From positions 1 to 52,055 of the forward strand of contig JAZRET010000067.1 of assembly GCA_045660945.1 (NCBI GenBank): 52,055 nucleotides of DNA, read 5' to 3'. This document shows, in pieces, positions 8,110 to 16,578 of the stretch. Source of the DNA: Congzhengia sp. GTDB lineage: Bacteria > Bacillota > Clostridia > UBA1381 > UBA9506. The notes below the pieces were generated by a model that was given only the letters and a program-made list of their open reading frames with translations, was not told the DNA's origin and ran no database searches. Within the stretch, counting starts at the first letter, position 1, and each line of letters begins with the position of its first letter. The position numbers were made by a program, and so were the translations under genes.

Positions 8110-8213
8110 GGTATTCCGTCCTATGATGGCTCTGCAGGGCTTCAGCCCTTCGCCTAGGAGAATACCAGATAGGTTGGTGTTAGTTCCCAACCGCTCGGCG
8201 GAGCAATCCGCCA
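8110..8213 (+). ncRNA. unclassified structured RNA
   Basis: GGTATTC/GAATACC enclosing TCCTA/TAGGA and AGGGC-ttca-GCCCT; then GGTTGG/CCAACC and GGCGGA-gcaa-TCCGCC-A. Confidence 0.45.
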
Positions 8214-8222
8214 AAGATTACC

Positions 8223-8296
8223 GCAACGGTAGTTAAATAGTATAATATATCCTTGCCAAGGATAAGTTCTCGGAGCGTAACCGGGTCGTTGCACCA
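8223..8296 (+). tRNA. tRNA-Gly(GCC), non-canonical T loop
   Basis: Acceptor GCAACGG/TCGTTGC-A-CCA; anticodon arm TATCC-TTGCCAA-GGATA; T loop AGCGTAA. Confidence 0.85.
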
Positions 8297-8314
8297 GTAT
8301 AAAAAAGGAAAAAA

Positions 8315-8803
8315 ATGATTTGTCGTTGTCCAAAATGTAAAAAAGAGTTTAATAATACTACTAACAGAACCTTTTGTTCTAGGCGATGCGCAAACTCTAG
8401 GGTTGTCTCAACGGAGACAAAAAAGAAGATAGGATTGGCATTACACGACAAATATAAAGAACCTACTTTTAGGGGTGCTATTGAAAAAGCACGCGAGAGG
8501 GCATTAAACAAGGTGCGTTGTAACAGATTGATGCGAAAGGTTAAAGCGAAAAACGGTCAAGAATTAGACATAACAAATAAAGACTTAGAAGAATACCGAA
8601 AAACACATTTTGTTTGTGAAATCTGCGGTAAAGCAGAAAGAGCAACTCATAATAAAAAGAGTATATCTAAGTTATGCTGTGACCACGACCATACAACATC
8701 TAAGTTTAGGGGACTTTTGTGTTCAAATTGTAATAGGAAACTTGGTTGGTATGAAACATACACAACACAAATAAGAGAATACCTACGAAGGGGCAAATTA
8801 TGA
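8315..8803 (+). CDS. endonuclease VII-domain homing-type endonuclease
   Basis: CEIC...DHDH.T.KFRGLLCSNCNRKLG; N-terminal Zn finger and SxETKKKI (NUMOD3-like) segment. Confidence 0.82.
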   Translation: MICRCPKCKKEFNNTTNRTFCSRRCANSRVVSTETKKKIGLALHDKYKEPTFRGAIEKARERALNKVRCNRLMRKVKAKNGQELDITNKDLEEYRKTHFVCEICGKAERATHNKKSISKLCCDHDHTTSKFRGLLCSNCNRKLGWYETYTTQIREYLRRGKL

Positions 8804-9027
8804 AGAAGGAAGAAAGGCTGGGAGCAATTAAAGTTTTTAATATTGACGGCAAACGGTTGCTCGGCACTGTCGAGGTTAACCTTGAGCCATACAATAAGAA
8901 AGGCAACTATATGCCAGCGCATACCACGATACAATTACCACAATGGCTGTGCGCTGAGATTTATAACCTTGTGTATGCCGAATACGCATCTAACTGTGGG
9001 GAGACAAAAGATGAAAGAGAAAAATGA
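8800..9027 (+). CDS. hypothetical protein
   Basis: ATGA overlap with the upstream gene. Confidence 0.6.
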   Translation: MKKEERLGAIKVFNIDGKRLLGTVEVNLEPYNKKGNYMPAHTTIQLPQWLCAEIYNLVYAEYASNCGETKDEREK

Positions 9028-9316
9028 TTACGGCATGTATTCGGGTGGTTATATTTGCGACCAATTAGACCGCCACGCGCTGATAACAATTCATATGCAG
9101 TTCCCAGAGACACGCCATATGGTTTTGGTAACAAAGACTGCTTTGATAACTTATGTGCGCCAATTATGCTCCAAGAAAGGTGTCACATTTACGATCTTTT
9201 GTGTTCACAAAGAAGGCGATAGTTATGTCGTAACAAACAGAATTAAACAAAACGACAGAATAATAGCGAAAGGGACATTTGAGTTTGTTTCCGCTACTAA
9301 CCACTGCGAGGTGTAG
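9011..9316 (+). CDS. hypothetical protein
   Basis: Start reassigned to ATG 9011 after GGGAG. Confidence 0.6.
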   Translation: MKEKNDYGMYSGGYICDQLDRHALITIHMQFPETRHMVLVTKTALITYVRQLCSKKGVTFTIFCVHKEGDSYVVTNRIKQNDRIIAKGTFEFVSATNHCEV

Positions 9317-9317
9317 C

Positions 9318-9554
9318 ATGTGGATAATAGGCGAGGATGTTTCGTGGGGCTTTAATTATGACCTAGCAGATATGATAGGCGTAAATAACGATATGTTAGT
9401 GTTTCATATGCGGGATTCTAACTGCCAGTATGTGTTGCAGTTCAAGGATAATTTAATGGCAAAAGCATACTGGGCGCGTATGGCGAACGCAAAGCAGGAA
9501 GGGGCAGAGAAATTCGTAATACCAAAAGGAGATTTGAAACATGAAAAGAAATAA
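9318..9554 (+). CDS. hypothetical protein
   Basis: Start ATG 9318 after GAGGT. Confidence 0.6.
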   Translation: MWIIGEDVSWGFNYDLADMIGVNNDMLVFHMRDSNCQYVLQFKDNLMAKAYWARMANAKQEGAEKFVIPKGDLKHEKK

Positions 9555-9906
9555 GATATACGAACCAGAAACTATTTACGATATCGCCAAGTGGCACCAA
9601 GAAACATTCCCTGATGCTACCCTTGATGGGCAAATCGATAAGTATGATGAAGAACAAAAGGAATTTATTGATTCAAAATACAAGGATGTTACTGAACTAG
9701 CAGACATGTTTATTGTTGCCTGCGGTATGACACGGTTCGATGCCTTCACTGCCATATGGTATTTGAAAGATGTTTACGATTGGGTTGAAGAGTGTTCTAT
9801 CTTAGAGCGCGATGTGGAACAGGCTGTCGCAAAGAAGATGGCTATCAACCGCCACAGGGTTTGGGAAAAGAAAGGTGGCTTATACAAACACATAAAGGAC
9901 GATTAA
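9541..9906 (+). CDS. MazG-like dATP/dGTP pyrophosphohydrolase (DUF550-like)
   Basis: W..ETFP, acidic EExxE and ELADMFIV, KMAINRHRVW motifs. Confidence 0.75.
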   Translation: MKRNKIYEPETIYDIAKWHQETFPDATLDGQIDKYDEEQKEFIDSKYKDVTELADMFIVACGMTRFDAFTAIWYLKDVYDWVEECSILERDVEQAVAKKMAINRHRVWEKKGGLYKHIKDD

Positions 9907-10196
9907 TGAAATGCCCATACTGTAACAGAGAACTACACTGTGGTGCACAATTAAACTCTGACGGGTTTATTGTTGAACTATACCAGTGTTCTAACCCAGA
10001 GTGCGAACCAACAGAATTCCTAGTTGGGTGTAAAGAGTTTTGGGATATACTAGGACAGAATAAACGCAAGCAACAGATGTTAGATGTGTTTCAAGAGTTT
10101 ATATCCAAATGGTATCTGAACGGGAATATTACAGACGAGCATCTAAGAAGATTAAAGAAAAGGATTAAGAATGCCAGACATTTCGATGTGCATTGA
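9906..10196 (+). CDS. Zn-ribbon protein
   Basis: MKCPYC...QCSNPEC. Confidence 0.65.
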   Translation: MKCPYCNRELHCGAQLNSDGFIVELYQCSNPECEPTEFLVGCKEFWDILGQNKRKQQMLDVFQEFISKWYLNGNITDEHLRRLKKRIKNARHFDVH

Positions 10197-10386
10197 CGAT
10201 AAATGCCCACTGCGGTTTAAGTGCCACAGGTTTACGGCTGAACCAGATTACTGGCAGTCGTTCTGTGCGTTCAAATACAATAATGGTTGTGATGCCTTCT
10301 GGGATAACAACGGTTATAAAAAAAGAAAAGGGTATAAGACAAAAATCTTTACAGAAGAAGGAGTGGATGATGGCGTTTCAAAATAA
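10171..10386 (+). CDS. small Cys-rich phage protein
   Basis: MPDISMC....CPLR..CHRFTA.P..WQS pattern seen in small phage proteins. Confidence 0.65.
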   Translation: MPDISMCIDDKCPLRFKCHRFTAEPDYWQSFCAFKYNNGCDAFWDNNGYKKRKGYKTKIFTEEGVDDGVSK

Positions 10387-10606
10387 AAACTTGTCTGTGA
10401 TTGCTTGCGCAAATGGTTTCACATTGTGGCACTATGTCGCACAAGAACCTTTGGCAGACTTGAGCAAGGTTGGTTACTTTGATAAAGTGTTCCATTTATC
10501 GGCAACAGGCGATATAATAATCCTTAATGGCGCAGACGGAACAGCAATTAAAACTATGGAACTGACCGATGACCGCCATATTAAACTAACCAAGTTAAAG
10601 GATTAA
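10370..10606 (+). CDS. conserved hypothetical protein (ANGFTLWHY family)
   Basis: MAF.N.NLSVIA.ANGFTLWHY...GYF...GDIII.N; recalled from alphaproteobacterial proteins; AAGGAG RBS. Confidence 0.7.
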   Translation: MAFQNKNLSVIACANGFTLWHYVAQEPLADLSKVGYFDKVFHLSATGDIIILNGADGTAIKTMELTDDRHIKLTKLKD

Positions 10607-10608
10607 CA

Positions 10609-10890
10609 ATGACGGAATTAAAATGTCCGTTTTGTGGGCAGAAATTACATAAAGATTCTGACGGTTATTACACCTGTTATACCGATAACTGCGGGTGTTG
10701 GGCAAACGGTGGCAACGGTGCAAGCGGTAGTGAATCACTATGGTTGACACTAATAACCATAAAGAAGAAACTTGATGCCTGTATAAGGGGGTTAGACCAA
10801 ATGACTTGGGGTTGTAATAGTTCTGATGCGGAATATTTATTAAAAGAAATTAAAGAAACAACAGCACTGGATCAAAAGGATGTGAAATGA
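10609..10890 (+). CDS. Lar-like Zn-ribbon protein
   Basis: MTELKCPFCG...TC....C. Confidence 0.6.
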   Translation: MTELKCPFCGQKLHKDSDGYYTCYTDNCGCWANGGNGASGSESLWLTLITIKKKLDACIRGLDQMTWGCNSSDAEYLLKEIKETTALDQKDVK

Positions 10891-11126
10891 TTCGCGGTAA
10901 AATGATTGAGTGTAAGTGTGCCGTGTGTGGCGAAAAGTTTATGGCAAGAGTTGCAGACCGTAATCGTGGTTGGGCGAAATGTTGTTCCAAGTCGTGTGCG
11001 GCGACATTGAGCAACAAAAAGACAGGCAAATACCGAAAACATTTAGCGTGCCAAAACAAAATGGATAATCTTGGTTATGAAGACGTAGATTATTACGATG
11101 ATAGTCATTTATTCGGTGACGAATAA
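10887..11126 (+). CDS. Zn-finger protein
   Basis: CAVCG..F.AR.AD..RGW.KCCSKSC. Confidence 0.7.
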   Translation: MIRGKMIECKCAVCGEKFMARVADRNRGWAKCCSKSCAATLSNKKTGKYRKHLACQNKMDNLGYEDVDYYDDSHLFGDE

Positions 11127-11189
11127 CAACACTGAAACAAAAGAACATTTTGCTGACGCCAGCAAAAAGATCAAAAAAAGGAAATAACG

Positions 11190-11543
11190 ATGCCAACAAG
11201 TATCATAGATAATGAAGCGTATCTTTGTGTAACATTTCGCGTGGCTTGCCCGGATAACAACTTTATGTATCCATTCGTGCTCCGCGAAGGTAACACAGAA
11301 GACCCTGTGTATGCGTGGACTACAGAAGCAAACGAAGCCAAGGTATGGGGAGACTTGGGCGACCAAGAATTCGTTAGGGTTATGGCAAAATACCCAGCCG
11401 CAGAAACCTGCTATATGGCTTTCTTAAGACCAATAGCGCCACGCCTATACAGCCGTGATTATCGGGAATACCCAAACGGGGCTGGCGGCGGCTACGGGAC
11501 GTATATGGCTCAAGAAGAAAGGAAACAACATGGTCTTATATAA
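11190..11543 (+). CDS. hypothetical protein
   Basis: 117 aa ORF with AAGGA RBS. Confidence 0.65.
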   Translation: MPTSIIDNEAYLCVTFRVACPDNNFMYPFVLREGNTEDPVYAWTTEANEAKVWGDLGDQEFVRVMAKYPAAETCYMAFLRPIAPRLYSRDYREYPNGAGGGYGTYMAQEERKQHGLI

Positions 11544-11748
11544 TGCAGAAGTTTGGCGTGATGTAATCTATGACGATATGTGGTCAATGATTAACCAATA
11601 TATTACCGCCAAGACAGGAATTCAACCAACGGTTCGGCTTACTGAACCAGAGCGTCAAACAATTCAAAATACTATCGATATAATTACCGATATTATTCTG
11701 GATAAAGTAGAACTAAAGGAGGAAAAGCGTGGCGAAGACGAAGCCTAA
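11530..11748 (+). CDS. hypothetical protein
   Basis: Start ATG 11530 after AAGGA. Confidence 0.6.
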   Translation: MVLYNAEVWRDVIYDDMWSMINQYITAKTGIQPTVRLTEPERQTIQNTIDIITDIILDKVELKEEKRGEDEA

Positions 11749-11898
11749 ATGGCTGTTTAGTGGTTGGCACTGCTGGTCCCGGTTTATGATCGGGTTGGAT
11801 TGGTGCTACACCAGACAAAACGGGCTGACGGAAATTGATTTCTTTTTCTTGTTTTGGGGCTTTGGTTGGGTAAAATACTTCCAACCAAGGAGAAAGAA

Positions 11899-11967
11899 AT
11901 GACGTTAGCCATAATAATTTGTGTTTGTGTAATACTTTTTTATATAACAAGACCAAAGGGGTATTAA
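11899..11967 (+). CDS. 22-aa hydrophobic peptide MTLAIIICVCVILFYITRPKGY
   Basis: AAGGAG RBS, single TM-like helix with basic tail; not in the ORF track. Confidence 0.5.
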   Translation: MTLAIIICVCVILFYITRPKGY

Positions 11968-11968
11968 A

Positions 11969-12238
11969 ATGAAGAAATTACTTACTGCCGCTGTATTGGC
12001 GACAACAATCGGAACAGCACAAGCGGTTCCAGCAATGACAAGACCAACAACACCAAGACCAACTTATAACTATGGTTATAATGTGGGTTACCATCATGGC
12101 AAAAATGATGCCTATAATAATGTGGCACGCACTGCGGTTATCGTGGGCGCTGTTGTTATAGCAGGTATTATTGTTTACCATTTGGGCGAAGAAAGCCGCT
12201 TTACAGCGAACGAAAAAGGTGTTGTTTACAGATTCTAA
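11969..12238 (+). CDS. secreted/membrane protein
   Basis: Signal peptide (MKKLL...AQA) and C-terminal TM segment. Confidence 0.7.
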   Translation: MKKLLTAAVLATTIGTAQAVPAMTRPTTPRPTYNYGYNVGYHHGKNDAYNNVARTAVIVGAVVIAGIIVYHLGEESRFTANEKGVVYRF

Positions 12239-12252
12239 ACAAGGAGTAGAAA

Positions 12253-12561
12253 ATGAAAAAGAAAGTAAAAGAAACGAAAGTAAAAATGATTAAAGAATCC
12301 GAGGCACAGGCGAAGTTTGATGCCTTGAAGGCTAATTCAATGCGTTCTTCTTACCACGCGGCTATGAGTATTCAAGAAGTTCTCGTCAACTTCCGCGAAT
12401 TTATTGAAGATGTTAAAGTTACGCAACCAAATGAACAAACCTTATTAAAGAAACGCGCAGACGAATTACTGGAATATATCGATGAACGCCAAATGTATGT
12501 CGAGGCCGTTAAAGCAATGACCAGTGAATACGTCCCAGAAGAGGAAAAAGATGAAGATTAA
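12253..12561 (+). CDS. hypothetical protein
   Basis: AAGGAG RBS, helical charged protein. Confidence 0.7.
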   Translation: MKKKVKETKVKMIKESEAQAKFDALKANSMRSSYHAAMSIQEVLVNFREFIEDVKVTQPNEQTLLKKRADELLEYIDERQMYVEAVKAMTSEYVPEEEKDED

Positions 12562-12895
12562 TGTAGGGGCAATTTACTCTACGAAATCTGAGAAATACCC
12601 ACGCGTTAGAGTTATTTCTGAGCGTGGGTGTAAAGTCCATATTGAAAAGCGCAAGGTAATGCGCCTAGGCGTTGAGTACACCGAAAAGCACGAAATATAT
12701 GAACCAGTAGGTTATTGCGTTCAACCGATTGGTTGCGATACAATGGCACCTGTGTTCTTTGTTGACCTTGATGGTGTTTACGACGTCGAAAACGGACTGT
12801 ATCTTGTTGAACAGATGAGCGAACCGGCCGAGAGGTATGTTCTACGAGAGAAATTGCCAAAAGAACAAAAACAAAACTTTACAACTGAAAAATAA
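12551..12895 (+). CDS. hypothetical protein
   Basis: Start ATG 12551 after GAGG. Confidence 0.65.
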   Translation: MKINVGAIYSTKSEKYPRVRVISERGCKVHIEKRKVMRLGVEYTEKHEIYEPVGYCVQPIGCDTMAPVFFVDLDGVYDVENGLYLVEQMSEPAERYVLREKLPKEQKQNFTTEK

Positions 12896-12905
12896 GTGCT
12901 ATAAC
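12878..12905 (+). promoter_or_regulatory. sigma70-type promoter upstream of the methylase
   Basis: TTTACA-16 nt-TATAAC with TG at the extended -10 position. Confidence 0.45.
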
Positions 12906-12924
12906 AACTCTAAAGGTAGCGAGA

Positions 12925-13710
12925 ATGATACAACTTGAACCGTGGATCCCTTATATGGGTAACAAAGCAAGCCTGTTAGGAAATATAGAGGCTACAATTA
13001 AACAACTGGCGATCCCAAACCCAACTTGCATCGTTGATGCGTTCTGTGGTGGCGGGTCGTTCGGTTACTATATGGCCACCCGCGGATACAAGGTTATCAT
13101 GAACGACTTAGACCCCGGTGTCATAAACCTTCATAAATCGCTTCAAATACACCCAGAACGGCTGGAACTGTTTAAGCAGGTAGCACCAACCAAGGATGAA
13201 TTTAAGGCGTGTGTGAACGGAAATAGCGATTATGACGCCTACATAAAATATATCTGGTCATTTGGCACCAAAGGTGACACCTACCTTACTTCGTTGGAAA
13301 ATGAAACCAACAAGATAGAAGAGTACTGGCGTGGGGAGGCTGAACCAAATTCAAGGGTTAAACACTTGGAAGACATTGTGCTTATGTATGCACATTGTAA
13401 GCCAGACATAACCTTTGTTAATGGGTCATATGAAGACCTAGAAATACCCGAAGGGGCATTGGTTTATGCTGACCCACCCTACATTAACACAGGCGAATAT
13501 CTTATGGATTCGTTCGACCACGGTAAGTTTTACCAGTGGTTGAAAGAACAAAAGGAAATCGTTTTGATTTCCGAGTACACTATGCCCGATGAGTTTCCAC
13601 TCATTGACGCATATACAAAAAACTGCGTAATGGCTGGCGCTGATGGTAGAAAAGCAACAATAGAAAAATTGTTTGCTAACCGTGAGTTGCCGTTATTGCG
13701 TTTATTCTAA
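12925..13710 (+). CDS. DNA adenine methyltransferase (Dam/D12 class)
   Basis: PYMGNK, DAFCGGGS (motif I) and YADPPY (motif IV). Confidence 0.9.
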   Translation: MIQLEPWIPYMGNKASLLGNIEATIKQLAIPNPTCIVDAFCGGGSFGYYMATRGYKVIMNDLDPGVINLHKSLQIHPERLELFKQVAPTKDEFKACVNGNSDYDAYIKYIWSFGTKGDTYLTSLENETNKIEEYWRGEAEPNSRVKHLEDIVLMYAHCKPDITFVNGSYEDLEIPEGALVYADPPYINTGEYLMDSFDHGKFYQWLKEQKEIVLISEYTMPDEFPLIDAYTKNCVMAGADGRKATIEKLFANRELPLLRLF

Positions 13711-13726
13711 CCCAAAGGAACAAAAA

Positions 13727-14164
13727 ATGAAACTTATATATCACTTGCGTGAGTATTTGCCTGGGCGTTACCAAGTTACAGCCAATATGCATGGCGTTTC
13801 TGGGCAACCAGATAATACTTACAAACTAAGCATAACCTGCGATGGTAGCAAATGCTTAACAATTGATCAGATCGACTCAAAAGTAAAAGCAGGCATTCGT
13901 TCTAGAATGTATATGGATAACAAACGCGATCCGCGTATCCCTTCTGCAACCGGCTTAACCGTGTTGTGGGATGAAGACCGCACAGATATGAATACCTTTG
14001 CCATTAAAAAGGCACCAAAGGTCGATTTGTCTGATTGTGTTTATGAAGTAACACAGGTTAGCGGTGTTTGGACTATTTGCAAACACGATGCGCCATTGCT
14101 TACATATGATGAAGCCACAGAATTGTTGTTTAAACAATTAACAAAAGGGGGCAATAATGAATAA
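13727..14164 (+). CDS. hypothetical protein (paralog of next gene)
   Basis: Start ATG 13727 after AAGGA; C-terminus aligns with the next ORF. Confidence 0.7.
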   Translation: MKLIYHLREYLPGRYQVTANMHGVSGQPDNTYKLSITCDGSKCLTIDQIDSKVKAGIRSRMYMDNKRDPRIPSATGLTVLWDEDRTDMNTFAIKKAPKVDLSDCVYEVTQVSGVWTICKHDAPLLTYDEATELLFKQLTKGGNNE

Positions 14165-14642
14165 ACAGGTTATTGTTTCAGCACAATACAAAATGTTAGA
14201 TAACTTTAGTTATATTGTGACAATTAAAGCAAAAAATGAACACAACGAACTTATTTTTGATGGCCAGCAAAAGTGTAAATTCCTTGGAAAAACACCGTAT
14301 TTGCCGCTGGATAGCAAAGAAAAGTTGGTAAAAAAGAACATAAGAAACATTCTTTACCATGCTAAACGCATAAGTTTGGGTACAAAGATTGTTACTTCTT
14401 TAACCCGTTATGGTGATATTCCACCACAGTTGGCCAACCCAGATGTGGAAATGCACGCAAAAGAAGGCTATTTTACCGGAAAAGATCCTAAAGCATACGG
14501 CGATTTGCGCGACCAGCGCATATGGCAAGTTGTTTTACTGAACGGCAACCCGACAATTGTCCGTGCTGAAAACCCACGCCTTTCTTCGCAAGAAGCAAAA
14601 GACCTTCTGTTAAAGAAAATATTAGGGGAAAACAATGGATAG
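14157..14642 (+). CDS. hypothetical protein (paralog of previous gene)
   Basis: Overlapping start; shared DL.D..Y/W.V....G..TI.....P.L...EA..LL.K.L motif. Confidence 0.7.
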   Translation: MNKQVIVSAQYKMLDNFSYIVTIKAKNEHNELIFDGQQKCKFLGKTPYLPLDSKEKLVKKNIRNILYHAKRISLGTKIVTSLTRYGDIPPQLANPDVEMHAKEGYFTGKDPKAYGDLRDQRIWQVVLLNGNPTIVRAENPRLSSQEAKDLLLKKILGENNG

Positions 14643-14646
14643 TTGG

Positions 14647-14676
14647 TTGGATGTGCTATACTGGTTTTGGTATAAT
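14647..14676 (+). promoter_or_regulatory. sigma70-type promoter of the recombination module
   Basis: TTGGAT-18 nt-TATAAT with extended -10 TG. Confidence 0.55.
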
Positions 14677-14708
14677 GTGCCCGCTAATGATTATTAAAGG
14701 AGTAAAAA

Positions 14709-15302
14709 ATGGCAGAAGTAAAAGTAAACTATTTTGAAGAATTGTATGAACAAGATGTCTCACAGTATGTCGAAAAGAAAAACGGCCTAAACTATGTGTC
14801 TTGGGCTTACGCTTGGGCAGGAATAAAAAAACTGCACCCAGATGCCACATACAAGGTGTATGAAACCCCAGAAGGTTGCAATTACTTCACAGATGGGCGT
14901 TTCTGCTGGGTTAAAACTGGCGTTACAGTAGAAGGCGTTGAACATATTGAATACTTGCCTGTGTTGGATTATAGAAACAAATCTATACCGTTAAACGCAG
15001 TGACTTCGTTCGATGTTAATACTTCTATTCAGCGTTCGTTAACCAAGGCTTGTGCAAGACACGGTTATGGTTTGAAAGTGTACGCAGGCGAAGACGTTGA
15101 AGCCGCAACTAAAGAAGCCCCAACGCCAATGACAGAAGCACAACGCGAAGAGTTGGTGCAATTGGGCGTTAATATTCCACAGTTGTGTGAATTCTTTAAG
15201 GTCAAAAGCCTTGATGAAGTAACTGAAGCAATGGCCAAAGCCGCTATAGATGCCAAGAAACGGAAAATGGCTAAAGCCCCTTTGGAGGAAAAAGATGCCT
15301 AA
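14709..15302 (+). CDS. sak: Sak/Rad52-like single-strand annealing protein (DUF1071)
   Basis: VEKKNGLNYVSWAYAW, LPVLDYRNK, FDVNTSIQRSLTKACA.HG.GL..YAGED. Confidence 0.88.
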   Translation: MAEVKVNYFEELYEQDVSQYVEKKNGLNYVSWAYAWAGIKKLHPDATYKVYETPEGCNYFTDGRFCWVKTGVTVEGVEHIEYLPVLDYRNKSIPLNAVTSFDVNTSIQRSLTKACARHGYGLKVYAGEDVEAATKEAPTPMTEAQREELVQLGVNIPQLCEFFKVKSLDEVTEAMAKAAIDAKKRKMAKAPLEEKDA

Positions 15303-15909
15303 ACAACCGCATTACGATTTCGATATCGAACAACAGACACCGGAGTGGTATGCCGCAAAACTTGGGATGTTCTCTGGCTCGACTTTTCACGTTTTCCTCG
15401 GTGACTCCAAAACCAAGGACGAAAAATTATGGGAAATCCTAGCCGAAAGACGTTACCAAGACTCTGATGCCGAAGAGTTCCTTGGGTTCTACACCGAAAG
15501 GGGCAAAACCTTAGAACACGAGGCAAGAAGAGTTTACCAAGTTGTTAACGAAGTCGAAGTACAGCAGGTTGGTCTTGTAGAAGACATGGAATATTTCCCC
15601 GGCTGGGTCGTCTGTTCCCCAGACGGCCTGGTTGGGGATGATGGAATAATTGAAATTAAATGCCTGGTTGCAAAGAACATGTTGCAATACACAGAAGGTA
15701 AGTATGCGGATGATTATTATATATCACCGCAATACAAGACCCAAGTGCAATTTAACTTGTTCGTTACGCAACGCCAATGGTGCGATTTCATTTACTATCA
15801 CCCACGCGTTGGCATCCGCGTGAAGCGCATATTCCGTGACGAAGAATATATAGAAAAAATTAAAAACGCATTAACAGAATGTATAAAGATTATAGAGGAA
15901 AGATTATGA
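15295..15909 (+). CDS. YqaJ/lambda-type exonuclease
   Basis: Q.TPEW, G..LE..AR, CSPDGLV, IEIKC, Y..QVQ. Confidence 0.9.
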   Translation: MPKQPHYDFDIEQQTPEWYAAKLGMFSGSTFHVFLGDSKTKDEKLWEILAERRYQDSDAEEFLGFYTERGKTLEHEARRVYQVVNEVEVQQVGLVEDMEYFPGWVVCSPDGLVGDDGIIEIKCLVAKNMLQYTEGKYADDYYISPQYKTQVQFNLFVTQRQWCDFIYYHPRVGIRVKRIFRDEEYIEKIKNALTECIKIIEERL

Positions 15910-16214
15910 TAACAGACGAAAACATTAGAGAATTCGTAAGACAGTTTAACACAGCGCAAACACAGGTTACACCACCGAACGAAATAACCACAAAGACTGG
16001 TGCAACATTTGTGTTTGGCGCCATGAATGGTTATTTGCACATGATGCGAACAGATAAAGACTATTCGACTGAAACTTACAATATTGTAAAAAATGCCTTC
16101 CAAAATGTGGTTGAATTCTTTACAATGGAATTAGATGTAGAGAACTTTGAAACGCGCGAGCAAAACAAAGAACTTGAATATATAAAATTCCCGGAGGAAA
16201 AAAATAATGATTAG
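15906..16214 (+). CDS. hypothetical protein
   Basis: ATGA overlap, GAGG RBS. Confidence 0.65.
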   Translation: MITDENIREFVRQFNTAQTQVTPPNEITTKTGATFVFGAMNGYLHMMRTDKDYSTETYNIVKNAFQNVVEFFTMELDVENFETREQNKELEYIKFPEEKNND

Positions 16215-16551
16215 TTTACACCACAGTTTTGTTATTGACCATATAGAAGATAAAAAAATACCAACGCGTAACGGCGACACTTTTGAATTCACAGAAGTGA
16301 CAATGTACACGAAGGGCAAATACCCAACTTGGTTGCAAGCACGCCTGGAAAGCCCAGACATGAAACTGCAACTGCTTGGTGGGGAAGAATATGCTATGGA
16401 TATCTCAGTTAGTTCGTGGAAATCAGACGATGGCCGTATATTCCCACGCTTCACTATTCGTAGCATTGTTGCGGTTAACCCTAAACAAGTGATCGATGCA
16501 CCAGCAGAGACACCAAGTTACGATTATGAAGGAGATGAGATTCCGTTTTGA
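16207..16551 (+). CDS. ssb: single-stranded DNA-binding protein
   Basis: OB-fold-sized, acidic tail ending DEIPF, located in the recombination module. Confidence 0.7.
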   Translation: MISLHHSFVIDHIEDKKIPTRNGDTFEFTEVTMYTKGKYPTWLQARLESPDMKLQLLGGEEYAMDISVSSWKSDDGRIFPRFTIRSIVAVNPKQVIDAPAETPSYDYEGDEIPF

Positions 16552-16578
16552 TCGTAAAATCAATGGTTTAGGTAAAGT

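Noticed and set aside
7509-8314. Theta/HDV-like ribozymes after the tRNAs
   Set aside because: tRNA 3' ends are followed directly by another tRNA or an RBS, and no nested double pseudoknot could be fitted
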